Source: an uncultured Prevotella sp. (GTDB taxonomy: Bacteria > Bacteroidota > Bacteroidia > Bacteroidales > Bacteroidaceae). From it: a DNA stretch of 64,000 nt. Position numbers and translations under genes: made by a program. The stretch is from positions 38,051-102,050 of the forward strand of contig CAMYVQ010000001.1 of the NCBI GenBank assembly GCA_947302435.1. Reading direction: 5' to 3'. This document shows positions 1 to 8,238 of the stretch, one piece after another; within the stretch, counting starts at the first letter, position 1, and the number at the start of each line of letters is the position of its first letter. The notes under the pieces are model-generated. The model saw only the letters and a program-made list of their open reading frames with translations, had not been told where the DNA came from and ran no database searches.

Positions 1-3
1 TTA

Positions 4-501
4 ATGGATAAGACTGCAGACGACAATCTGCCAAGAGAAATAGCAGACGTAGTAAAACTTCACAGCAAATTGGCCGTAGGATCTGCATGGATACCTATTC
101 CCGGAGCAGATGTTGCTGCAGGAGCCGCCACTATTTGGGGCATGTATGTGCGAATCAACAACAAACTGAGCATCCCATTTGGAGAGAATGTGATGAAATC
201 AATAGGTTCAGGCGTAGCTACCAACCTTGCGAGCTATGCTGCGATGAGCGGTGTGGCAAGTGCCTTGAAATTCATCCCTGGTATAGGAACTATTGGTGGA
301 GCAGTCCTTATGTCCGCAACCCTTTATGGCCTTACACTCGCATCTGGCTGGATATATCTGAATGCCTTGAGCCTTGTAGCAGCAAAGAAGGGTAATGCTT
401 TCAGTGCTTCTGATATTTCCAAAGCGGTTAACGATTTGCTAAGAGACAAGACTACCATCAAGAATTTTATTGAGGAAGCAAAAAAGTCTTACAAAAAGTG
501 A
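4..501 (+). CDS. DUF697/YcjF-like small membrane-associated protein (EcsC-related)
   Basis: Motifs WIPIPGAD..IWGMY..I and ALKFIPGIGTIGG, Gly/Ala-rich hydrophobic helices; start lies at the window edge. Confidence 0.65.
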   Translation: MDKTADDNLPREIADVVKLHSKLAVGSAWIPIPGADVAAGAATIWGMYVRINNKLSIPFGENVMKSIGSGVATNLASYAAMSGVASALKFIPGIGTIGGAVLMSATLYGLTLASGWIYLNALSLVAAKKGNAFSASDISKAVNDLLRDKTTIKNFIEEAKKSYKK

Positions 502-509
502 ACACTATA

Positions 510-713
510 ATGACCAAACGTGTTAACTTCACTTCTAACGTATGAGCTTGTATAGGGCTGTCGCTCTGTGACAGAAAGGCCGTTAAATCAGATTTCAAAA
601 CTATCAAAAACGAAATAACCAATAGATTAGTAACTGAAGTTTTAACGTGTCCCAAATGCGGGAAAGATTTCTCTTGGTGCCAAGAGATTTTAAATCATGT
701 CCTTGGAAGATAA
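510..713 (+). pseudogene. Small zinc-ribbon-like ORF interrupted by an in-frame TGA
   Basis: ATG 510, TGA at 543-545, same frame continues to ..TCPKCGKDFSW.. and TAA 711-713; fills the gap between two co-oriented genes. Confidence 0.5.
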
Positions 714-755
714 ACGACATTTTTATAACACGTACAAAAAACAAACATTAATATT

Positions 756-1406
756 ATGGAGAAAATGACTGAATCAATGATGGGCAAAGCCTTGCAAGTG
801 GCATACGACAAGGCTATTAGTGGGTTTGAAGTGAAAGGAGTGAAAATTCTTGACTCCGCATATGATTTGGCAGAGAGTTATGCCAACCCAGGAAAATCTG
901 TGAAGCAAAATGCCACCTCACTTGTTAATTGGCAGTGTAGCAAGGCTGGTGCCAGCGGTTTTGCCACGAGTTTCGGAGGATTTGCAACGATGGCTGTTGG
1001 CATACCAGCTAATGTTACGAGTGTGCTTTACGTGCAGTTGCGCATGATTGCAGCAATCGCCATTATGGCTGGCTATGACCCTCGTCAAGACCAAGTGCAA
1101 ACGCTTGCTTATACATGCTTGTTGGGAAGTGCCGCAGGTGATGTGATAAAAGACGCTGGTGTCAAAATTGCGGAGAAATTGACCGAGAACTACATCAAGA
1201 AAAACATTACACGTGCCATGACTACTAAAATCAACCAAAGTGTAGGATTCCGGCTGATAACAAAAGCGGGCAGTAAGGGCATACTGAATATGACGAAGAT
1301 GATTCCTGTTGTGGGTGCAGTATTTGGCGCTGGTTTTGATATAGTTACTACGAAGTCTATTGGTGCGACAGCTAAGAAAGTTTTCATTGACGGCAAAGTG
1401 GATTAA
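756..1406 (+). CDS. EcsC family protein
   Basis: SGFATSFGGFATMAVGIPAN, LYVQLRMIAAIA..GYD, INQSVGFRLITKAG..G..N..KMIPVVGAVFGAGFD. Confidence 0.85.
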   Translation: MEKMTESMMGKALQVAYDKAISGFEVKGVKILDSAYDLAESYANPGKSVKQNATSLVNWQCSKAGASGFATSFGGFATMAVGIPANVTSVLYVQLRMIAAIAIMAGYDPRQDQVQTLAYTCLLGSAAGDVIKDAGVKIAEKLTENYIKKNITRAMTTKINQSVGFRLITKAGSKGILNMTKMIPVVGAVFGAGFDIVTTKSIGATAKKVFIDGKVD

Positions 1407-1497
1407 ACTGTATGAGTGGTATACTTGCATTCATTTTTTTTTGATTTTGTCGGGATAGTGATATATTCAATGACATACACACATTATTTGATTTATT

Positions 1498-1983
1498 ATG
1501 AAATGTCCAAAATGTGGGTCCGAGATGGAATCTTGGACCGAAGATAGTGATTTGGGGAAGGTCGCGGGAATGGTTGCAGGTGCTAGTATAGGGTTACTCA
1601 CTGCAAATCCCATAATTGGGGGTACTGTTGGAACTTTTGTCGGAAAAAGGTTAGGAGGGATGGCCGGTGGAAAATTGTTTGGTGACCAGCACTATTACTG
1701 TCCCAAATGTTCGCAAAAACAAGAACAATATGGAAAAGAGCCAGACTGGCTCACAATAGAATATGAGACAAAAAAAATAATTGGTAATATTACTGGCATA
1801 CAAACGTATAAAATTCGCACAAACTCGAAATTAGAAGAAGACCTTGGTTTAGATACTGCTGGATTCTTGAGACTCGTGTTTGCCATTCAGGAGAAATTCC
1901 AGATTGAAGTTGGTCGATATGATTCTTTTGAAACTTTTGGAGACTTAGTGAAATATATCAAAACAAAAAAAGGACATAATTAA
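1498..1983 (+). CDS. Zinc-ribbon (CPKC..CPKC) / glycine-zipper / acyl-carrier-protein-like fusion
   Basis: Two CPKC motifs flank a GxxxG zipper; C-terminal LEEDLGLDT..LVFAIQEKFQIEV..FETFGDLVKYI has the ACP pattern. Confidence 0.75.
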   Translation: MKCPKCGSEMESWTEDSDLGKVAGMVAGASIGLLTANPIIGGTVGTFVGKRLGGMAGGKLFGDQHYYCPKCSQKQEQYGKEPDWLTIEYETKKIIGNITGIQTYKIRTNSKLEEDLGLDTAGFLRLVFAIQEKFQIEVGRYDSFETFGDLVKYIKTKKGHN

Positions 1984-1985
1984 TT

Positions 1986-2289
1986 ATGAATTACAACGAA
2001 ATCTTGGAATCATTCCTTGAAGGCTACGAACAAGGAGAGCAAAAGGATATTGGTGCCTACTGTAGGATTTCATTGAGCGGATTCTGAATCTGTCGTAGAT
2101 GAAACTGTTGAAAAGGCATTTATCTCCCGACTTGGTACAGACAGCGCTGAATGCATTTCTATTACAACAGAAATGCTGATAGCAACTGCCAAAGAAACAA
2201 AAAGCATATCCAAAACCTGCAAAAAACAGATTGAAGATATGGAACGAGTGTTCAAAGAATGTGATTTTAAAGACGCTTCTAAGAAATAA
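1986..2289 (+). pseudogene. Hypothetical protein split by a frameshift near 2077-2082
   Basis: ATG 1986 (MNYNEILESFLEGY..) stops at 2085-2087; a shifted frame is open from 2077 to TAA 2287-2289, 5 nt before the next ATG. Confidence 0.55.
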
Positions 2290-2294
2290 GTTCT

Positions 2295-2663
2295 ATGCAA
2301 ACAACCACCCTTGAATTTCCGCATAACGCCCGGACTACCTACACTGCCGTAAAGCGGTTGTTCGATAAGAGTACAAAGTTCGGAAGTGTGAAGTGTAACG
2401 ATGAGCTATTCATCGTTGAGGCAAGGCGTGGACTTTGGATTTCGCCCTTCAGCGAGAATGTAAAGATGAAGGTGGTGGCGACGAGCAGCCAGACGTGTAA
2501 GGTGGTGGTCGAGTCGTCGTCACGTTCCATCCTGAATCTCCTGAACTTCGGGGCTAACAAGGGTAACGTGTCTGACCTCTCAGACTACATCAACAATGAA
2601 GTTCACAAGTTGACACAGTCAGGTGAGATCCCTATGAGACAAGACCCAATAAAGTTTCGATAA
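2295..2663 (+). CDS. Hypothetical protein
   Basis: 122-aa ORF, last of the co-oriented cluster, followed by a terminator. Confidence 0.65.
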   Translation: MQTTTLEFPHNARTTYTAVKRLFDKSTKFGSVKCNDELFIVEARRGLWISPFSENVKMKVVATSSQTCKVVVESSSRSILNLLNFGANKGNVSDLSDYINNEVHKLTQSGEIPMRQDPIKFR

Positions 2664-2669
2664 AAAACG

Positions 2670-2700
2670 ACCGCCCAGAGGACTACCCTGAGCGGTTTTT
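2670..2700 (+). terminator. Intrinsic terminator
   Basis: ACCGCCCAG..CTGAGCGGT stem then T-run. Confidence 0.6.
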
Positions 2701-2766
2701 CTTTCATCATTGCAAACAGCAAGGTATAGGAAGAACATGAGGATTTTGGCATTATGGATAAAATAA

Positions 2767-2846
2767 AATGTGAGATTTTCGGCAAACTGCCTCAGAATGT
2801 GAGATTTTCGGCAGTTTCTCAGAAATAAATTTTGAGATTTTCGGCA
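2767..2846. repeat. Three direct repeats of TGAGATTTTCGGCA
   Basis: Copies end at 2784, 2813 and 2846; a degenerate copy lies near 2738-2751. Confidence 0.85.
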
Positions 2847-2882
2847 AATCCGTTAATTTTGTAGCATCATTATTGAGAATAT

Positions 2883-2965
2883 ATGGAAGAAATGCTATTC
2901 AAACGTAAGCTGTACGATAAGATGTTGCAGTGGAAAGTAGCAAATAATTGCCATTTATTTTATAA
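2883..2965 (+). pseudogene. 5' remnant of an AAA-family ATPase (AAA_14/DUF4143-like)
   Basis: MEEMLFKRKLYDKMLQWK matches the usual N-terminus of that family, then the frame closes; TAATTTTG promoter box upstream. Confidence 0.55.
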
Positions 2966-3042
2966 TGGCTTGCACATTCCATATAAAAAAAGGTAAATGA
3001 GGGCACTTCAGAAAAGCGACAAAATGAAAAGGTAAAAAGAAA

Positions 3043-3063
3043 AGTCGCTGATTTTCAGCGACT
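3043..3063 (-). terminator. Hairpin downstream of tRNA-Lys
   Basis: AGTCGCTGA-TTT-TCAGCGACT palindrome with an adjacent A-run (U-run on the minus strand). Confidence 0.55.
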
Positions 3064-3078
3064 CGAAATTTCTTTTTG

Positions 3079-3151
3079 TGATCCGCTTGGGGCTCGAACC
3101 CAAGACCCCAACATTAAAAGTGTTGTGCTCTACCGACTGAGCTAGCGGATC
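3079..3151 (-). tRNA. tRNA-Lys (anticodon TTT)
   Basis: Reverse complement GATCCGCTAGCTCAGTCGGTAGAGCACAACACTTTTAATGTTGGGGTCTTGGGTTCGAGCCCCAAGCGGATCA folds as a cloverleaf; CCA not encoded. Confidence 0.97.
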
Positions 3152-3228
3152 AGGGCTTTCTGTCGAAAGCGGGTGCAAAGGTAATAACAATTTTTGAATA
3201 ATCCAAATTTTAGGCGGCTTTTTTAGTT

Positions 3229-3819
3229 TTATTTGCTCTGAGAGGCAGCTTGAAGGGCTTTTTGGTAGCATTCGCGGCAGAGCGGCTCGTATTCGGCGGT
3301 CTCACCGAGAAGGACACGGCGGTCGTTCTGCACCTTGCGGTGGCTGACGTATGCCAGATTTCCGCATTTGACACAGATGGCGTGTACCTTGGTCACATCG
3401 TCGGCAATGGCACAGAGGGCGGGCATGGGGCCGAAGGGAACACCCTTATAGTCCATGTCGAGGCCGGCCACGATGACACGCACGCCGCGGTTGGCCAGCT
3501 CGTTGCACACGTCGATCAGTCCCATGTCGAGAAACTGCGCTTCGTCGATGCCCACCACGTCGATGTCGCCAGCCAGCAGAAGGATGGAGGCCGAGGAGTC
3601 GATGGGGGTGGATATGATGTGGTTTTGGTCGTGGCTGACCACATCTTCTTCAGAGTATCGTACATCGATGCGTGGTTTGAAGATTTCGACACGTTGGCGC
3701 GCGAACTTGGCCCGTCGCATGCGCCGGATGAGTTCTTCCGTTTTGCCGGAGAACATCGAACCGCACACCACTTCAATTCTGCCGGGTCGGTGTGCCTCTC
3801 CCGTAAGGTTTGCTGTCAT
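3229..3819 (-). CDS. tdk: Thymidine kinase
   Basis: [13 protein letters not shown]-loop, IDEAQF, VAGLDMD, zinc-binding Cys pairs; start chosen at MTANL. Confidence 0.97.
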   Translation of the reverse strand: MTANLTGEAHRPGRIEVVCGSMFSGKTEELIRRMRRAKFARQRVEIFKPRIDVRYSEEDVVSHDQNHIISTPIDSSASILLLAGDIDVVGIDEAQFLDMGLIDVCNELANRGVRVIVAGLDMDYKGVPFGPMPALCAIADDVTKVHAICVKCGNLAYVSHRKVQNDRRVLLGETAEYEPLCRECYQKALQAASQSK

Positions 3820-3925
3820 TATCTTGTCTGTTTTGTCTACAAAAGTACAAATACGTTTTAAAAATTGCAAAGAAATAGAGTAATTTTTGACTATAATTAA
3901 ATAAATACTTATTTTTGCATGCTGT

Positions 3926-4603
3926 ATGGGAACGCTTTATATCGTACCGACGCCTGTTGGCAACATGGAAGACATGACTTACCGGGCCGTCCGTATCTTG
4001 AAGGAGGTCGACGTGGTGTTGGCCGAGGATACTCGCACATCGGGCATCCTTCTGAAGCATTTCGATATTCACAATCATCTTCTGTCGCATCACAAGTTCA
4101 ATGAGCATGGCACCAGCAGTGGTGTCGTGGAGCGACTGTTGGCTGGTGAGAATGTGGCTCTGATCAGCGATGCAGGTACGCCGGGCATCAGCGATCCGGG
4201 CTTTTTCCTGGTTCGTGAAGCTGTGAGGGCTGGGGTAGAGGTGCAGTGCCTTCCTGGGGCAACGGCCTTTGTACCGGCCTTGGTCAGCAGCGGCCTGCCT
4301 TGCGACCGTTTCGCCTTCGAAGGGTTCCTTCCCCAGAAGAAAGGCCGTCAGACAAAGCTGCAGTCCCTTCAGGAAGAGACGAGAACCATGATTTTCTATG
4401 AGTCGCCTTATCGGTTGGTGAAGGCTTTGGAGCAGTTTGCCGAGGTGTTCGGGGCTGACCGTCAGGTGAGTGTCTGCCGTGAGATTTCAAAGATACACGA
4501 GGAGAGTGTCCGTGGCACATTGGCAGAGGTGGCAGCCCATTTCAAGGAGCATGAGCCGAAAGGCGAGATTGTCATTGTGGTAGCGGGGAAGATGGAGAAA
4601 TGA
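3926..4603 (+). CDS. rsmI: 16S rRNA (C1402-2'-O)-methyltransferase
   Basis: [35 protein letters not shown]. Confidence 0.97.
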   Translation: MGTLYIVPTPVGNMEDMTYRAVRILKEVDVVLAEDTRTSGILLKHFDIHNHLLSHHKFNEHGTSSGVVERLLAGENVALISDAGTPGISDPGFFLVREAVRAGVEVQCLPGATAFVPALVSSGLPCDRFAFEGFLPQKKGRQTKLQSLQEETRTMIFYESPYRLVKALEQFAEVFGADRQVSVCREISKIHEESVRGTLAEVAAHFKEHEPKGEIVIVVAGKMEK

Positions 4604-4629
4604 AGAGTAAAATCCTTAAATATGAATAT

Positions 4630-5478
4630 ATGAAGAAAGTAGTTTATTTGGCTGCATTGGCCTTGGCTATGGCAGCTTGCACTGGCAACAAGAAACAGCA
4701 TGAGGAGGCTATGGCTCAACAGCGCGACTCGCTGAATCAGATTATTGCCCAGAAAGACAATGAGATTAATGACATTGTAGGTACGCTGAACGACATTGAA
4801 GAGGGCTTCCGCGAGATTTCCGAGGCGCAGGGGCGTGTCTCTGTGGCCCAGCGAGGCGAGGGAACCAGTTCGGCTTCCCGTATCAAGGAGAATATGCAGT
4901 TCATCCAGAACACCATGCAGCAGAACCGTGAGCTGATCAACAAGCTGCGTTCGCAGTTGCGCGAGAGCAGCATCAACGGTGAGCAGCTGAAGCGTGCGAT
5001 AGAGAATCTGACGGCCCAGTTGGAGGAAAAGGACACCCAGCTGAAGGCTTTGCGTGCAGAGTTGGAGGCCAAGGAAATCCATATTGCCGAGCTTGACGAG
5101 ACGATTGCTGGCCTTCATGAAGACGTGACCACGCTGAAGGAGGAAAGTTCGTCGAAGTCGGTGACCATCAGCACACAGGACAAGCAGTTGAACACGGCCT
5201 GGTTCGTGTTTGGCACGAAGAAAGAGCTCAAGGAGCAGAACATCCTGAAGGATGGAAAGGTGTTGCAGCAGAATTTCAATAAGAACTATTTCACGAAGAT
5301 TGACATCCGGGTGGACAAGGAGATCAAGCTCTACTCGCGCAGTGCCGAGATGCTCACCTCGCATCCCAACGGCAGCTATACGCTTCAGCGCGATGCCAAC
5401 AAGCAGTATGTGCTTCGCATCACGAATCCGGAACAGTTCTGGAGCACCAGCAAATATTTGGTGATACAGGTGAAGTGA
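4630..5478 (+). CDS. Conserved coiled-coil lipoprotein (Cbp1-like)
   Basis: Lipobox MAAC, long heptad region, C-terminal ITNPEQFWSTSKYLVIQV. Confidence 0.75.
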   Translation: MKKVVYLAALALAMAACTGNKKQHEEAMAQQRDSLNQIIAQKDNEINDIVGTLNDIEEGFREISEAQGRVSVAQRGEGTSSASRIKENMQFIQNTMQQNRELINKLRSQLRESSINGEQLKRAIENLTAQLEEKDTQLKALRAELEAKEIHIAELDETIAGLHEDVTTLKEESSSKSVTISTQDKQLNTAWFVFGTKKELKEQNILKDGKVLQQNFNKNYFTKIDIRVDKEIKLYSRSAEMLTSHPNGSYTLQRDANKQYVLRITNPEQFWSTSKYLVIQVK

Positions 5479-5506
5479 CCTTCCCCTGTGCTTTAAGACC
5501 CTGCAT

Positions 5507-5559
5507 AAAAAAACGTCGAGCGGCCTTCTTCCCCGATGAGGAAGGCCGCTCGACGTTTT
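5507..5559. terminator. Bidirectional intrinsic terminator
   Basis: AAAACGTCGAGCGGCCTTC..GAAGGCCGCTCGACGTTTT between convergent genes. Confidence 0.9.
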
Positions 5560-5581
5560 GATGTTGTTGTGAGCTACAGAC

Positions 5582-7765
5582 TTACTTTTTGATGTGTTTC
5601 CTGCCGTTGCGGATGACGAGGCCTCGGTAGCTGTTGCCAACCTTCTGGCCAGCCAGATTGTATGAAGCCTCCGTGTTGGCGGCTGAGGCGTTGATGGTGC
5701 TGATGCCGGTCTCACTGCTTGAGAAGGCAAAGGCCACATCGTCGAGATAGCATTCGGTCGTCTTGTTCGATGCCACCACAAACTGAATGTATGTTCCGGC
5801 GGGGATGTTTCCGTATGTCAGCTTGAGTTTCTGGTTTTTGGCTATCTGTATTTTCACCCTCCCTGCCGTCGTCGGCAGAATTTCCCAGTTTTCGCCGTCG
5901 GTGCTGGTGCGCACGGCAAAGCTGACTGCCTGATTGTAGTTTGCAATGCTGAACGAGAGCGAGTGCAGATGCTTGTCGAGTTTCGACGATGTGAGCATTC
6001 CGTTCTTGCTGAACTTCACGACACGCTCGCCGTTTCCGTATCGGTCGGTCGGGGCAGTGACGACGGCATTGGCCAGGCTCCATCGGCAGAACCGTCCCTC
6101 CAAGTCACTCGCGTCGGCAGTGGTGAGCGGCGTTGTCTCAAAGTCTTCAATCTGTGTTGGATAGAGGTCTTTTCCTGCCTCGAAAGTGATGGTCTTGTCG
6201 TCTTTCTGCGTGATGGAGAACAGGTCGATGGCAGCCTCCTTGTCGGCCCATGTGTCGTTGGTCTCAGGTGTCAGGTCCCATTCTGTGATGGGAGCGTTGC
6301 CCAGTATCTCGAAGTAGATGGCATCGGGGGAGTTGTTCACTGTGTTCCTCTGCCATACGCTGGGCTTCGAGGTGTCGGCGCGCCAGACAATCAGGCCCTG
6401 TCCCGGAAGGAATTTGTCCCATCCCTGCTTCTGGCGGTTCTCAACATAGAACTCCTCGTTGGTTTTCTTTGTCATTACCCTGTATGCCTTGTTGCCCGTG
6501 TCGAAAGGCACCAGCTCATAGTCGCCCGGTGTGTCGAGGACCTCTGCTTCGCAGAATCCCAGGATGTGGCGCTCAAACGAGTTGTAGCCCACGGGAGTCA
6601 GACCATAGTTGAAGTCACCTCCCCCTGCCATGATGTCCCAGCTACCCGGATCTCTTGCCTGTCCGTTCTGCTCATAGTCGGTGTCGTAGTGGTCGGCCAG
6701 TCCTAACACATGGCTGAACTCATGGCACATCGTTCCGATGCCGTCGAGCCAGACGTGTTGGTTGGCGTATGCCTCATAGTCCTGAATCTCTACGCTGCAG
6801 GCGAAGCGTCCGAACTTCTTGCCGTCGTAGGTCATGCCGTAGTAGGCTGCATACGGGCTCATGTCCTCAGCATGCGGCCACATGTACCTGTAGTCGTTGC
6901 CCTGCACGTAGCTGCCATATCCGGCATAGACAAAAAAGACCATGTCGATCACACCGTCGTTGTTCAGGTCGTAGTCTCTGAAGTTGACGAGCGCGTTCAC
7001 CTGGTTCATGGTAGCCTTCATGAGATTGATGTTTCGGCTGTCGAAGTTCGAACTCGGAATCCCGTTCACGTCTTTCGGAGCAGGGTAGGTGCAGGAGTAG
7101 TTGACGGTCACTGGGCCGATGACATCGAATGTCGGCTCGAAAATGCCCATGGAGTTGTCGTAGAAATAGTCTTTCACGCTGCCTGTGACGGGAACGGGAT
7201 AGTGTTGCAGCGAATTGTCTGTGAGATTCTTCTCGTTGGTGAGCTTCTGGTAGAAAGCCTTGGGGTCGTCCATAGTGAACTTGCGGTCGTTGAACTCTAC
7301 CAGCACCACCAGTCCCTTGAAGTTGCTGTAGTCTATATGATCCCAGACAATGGACCGGCGCTTGCCGTCCTGTGCCATGTCGTAGTTGTGGGCATAGAGC
7401 TTGGCGGCCCTTGCCTTGGACTCCTTTTGGGCGGCTGTCATTTCCGGATGCAGGAACTTCTGGGCGCCGGCCAGAAAAGCCTGCTCTGCGGCGTTGCGAA
7501 GCTCCGGGTTCCTGGCTGTCATGTTTGTCGGTTTCAGCATGTCGCCCTCTTTCTCCGCATAGCGGTAGTAGCCGTCGTCTCCTTTGATGACGGTATAGCC
7601 GTCGACAGTGGTCGTAAAGTTCAAAAACTCGTCGCCGTGCATCAGCAAGGTGACCGTTGTCCCGTCGGGCTGGAATACATCAACGGGTTTACTGTAGCCT
7701 GGGCGAGCCCATAGCGACGTTGCTCCCAGCATCATCGCTGTCAATAGTAGGAAAATCTTCTTCAC
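5582..7765 (-). CDS. Secreted M6-family (immune inhibitor A-like) metalloprotease
   Basis: Signal peptide, QPDG..GDE propeptide, CHEFSHVLGLADHYD zinc motif, WDIMAGG, VENRQ, C-terminal YNLAGQKV..GLVIRNGRK tail; probable GTG start at 7765. Confidence 0.92.
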   Translation of the reverse strand: MKKIFLLLTAMMLGATSLWARPGYSKPVDVFQPDGTTVTLLMHGDEFLNFTTTVDGYTVIKGDDGYYRYAEKEGDMLKPTNMTARNPELRNAAEQAFLAGAQKFLHPEMTAAQKESKARAAKLYAHNYDMAQDGKRRSIVWDHIDYSNFKGLVVLVEFNDRKFTMDDPKAFYQKLTNEKNLTDNSLQHYPVPVTGSVKDYFYDNSMGIFEPTFDVIGPVTVNYSCTYPAPKDVNGIPSSNFDSRNINLMKATMNQVNALVNFRDYDLNNDGVIDMVFFVYAGYGSYVQGNDYRYMWPHAEDMSPYAAYYGMTYDGKKFGRFACSVEIQDYEAYANQHVWLDGIGTMCHEFSHVLGLADHYDTDYEQNGQARDPGSWDIMAGGGDFNYGLTPVGYNSFERHILGFCEAEVLDTPGDYELVPFDTGNKAYRVMTKKTNEEFYVENRQKQGWDKFLPGQGLIVWRADTSKPSVWQRNTVNNSPDAIYFEILGNAPITEWDLTPETNDTWADKEAAIDLFSITQKDDKTITFEAGKDLYPTQIEDFETTPLTTADASDLEGRFCRWSLANAVVTAPTDRYGNGERVVKFSKNGMLTSSKLDKHLHSLSFSIANYNQAVSFAVRTSTDGENWEILPTTAGRVKIQIAKNQKLKLTYGNIPAGTYIQFVVASNKTTECYLDDVAFAFSSSETGISTINASAANTEASYNLAGQKVGNSYRGLVIRNGRKHIKK

Positions 7766-7906
7766 AATTCCGTGGTTCTTAATATTGTGTACAAAATTAT
7801 GCATAATTTATGACTTCTCCAAGCGATTATGATTTTTTAAGGGTGAGGCAAAGTTGTACAGGCATATATTGATGCGTCAATGAAAAAAACATTAGAATAG
7901 AACTGT

Positions 7907-7975
7907 TTTACAAAGTCGTCGACTTTGTGAGACAAACTCGTCGACTTTGTGTCACAAACTCGACGACTTTGTAAA
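7907..7975. repeat. Triple palindrome element (22-bp period), copy 1
   Basis: ACAAASTCGWCGACTTTGT at 7910, 7932 and 7954, flanked by TTT/AAA. Confidence 0.9.
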
Positions 7976-8133
7976 TCCATTTGACATCAGTCATTGGGCC
8001 ATCGTTTTTCTTCGCGCGCGCATATATTATTTAAGGTGTTATAAAAATGTTACCAAAATGGCAGAAATCATAGAAAAACGGCGTTTTTTTTTAGTTTTTA
8101 TTTAAAAAATGTGCGTTTTCCAAAAAAAAGTAG

Positions 8134-8141
8134 TAATTTTG
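8134..8141 (+). promoter_or_regulatory. Bacteroidetes -7 promoter box for the susC operon
   Basis: TAATTTTG matches TAnnTTTG. Confidence 0.65.
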
Positions 8142-8238
8142 CAAACTCTTGTGGCATAAAAAACGTAAAAGATGAAATTCATTCAATATTGTTGCCATGA
8201 AGAGCATTGAAGATAACAAAAGGATTTGCATATATAAT

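Noticed and set aside
543-545. Selenocysteine or genetic-code reassignment of TGA
   Set aside because: TGA terminates many clear genes in the window (rsmI, susC, pepD, corA) and no SECIS-like hairpin is evident
7907-7975. Possible mini-CRISPR array (also 31192-31260 and 2767-2846)
   Set aside because: Units are separated by only 3 nt, or by roughly 11-19 nt, not by unique spacers of about 30 nt, and no cas genes are present
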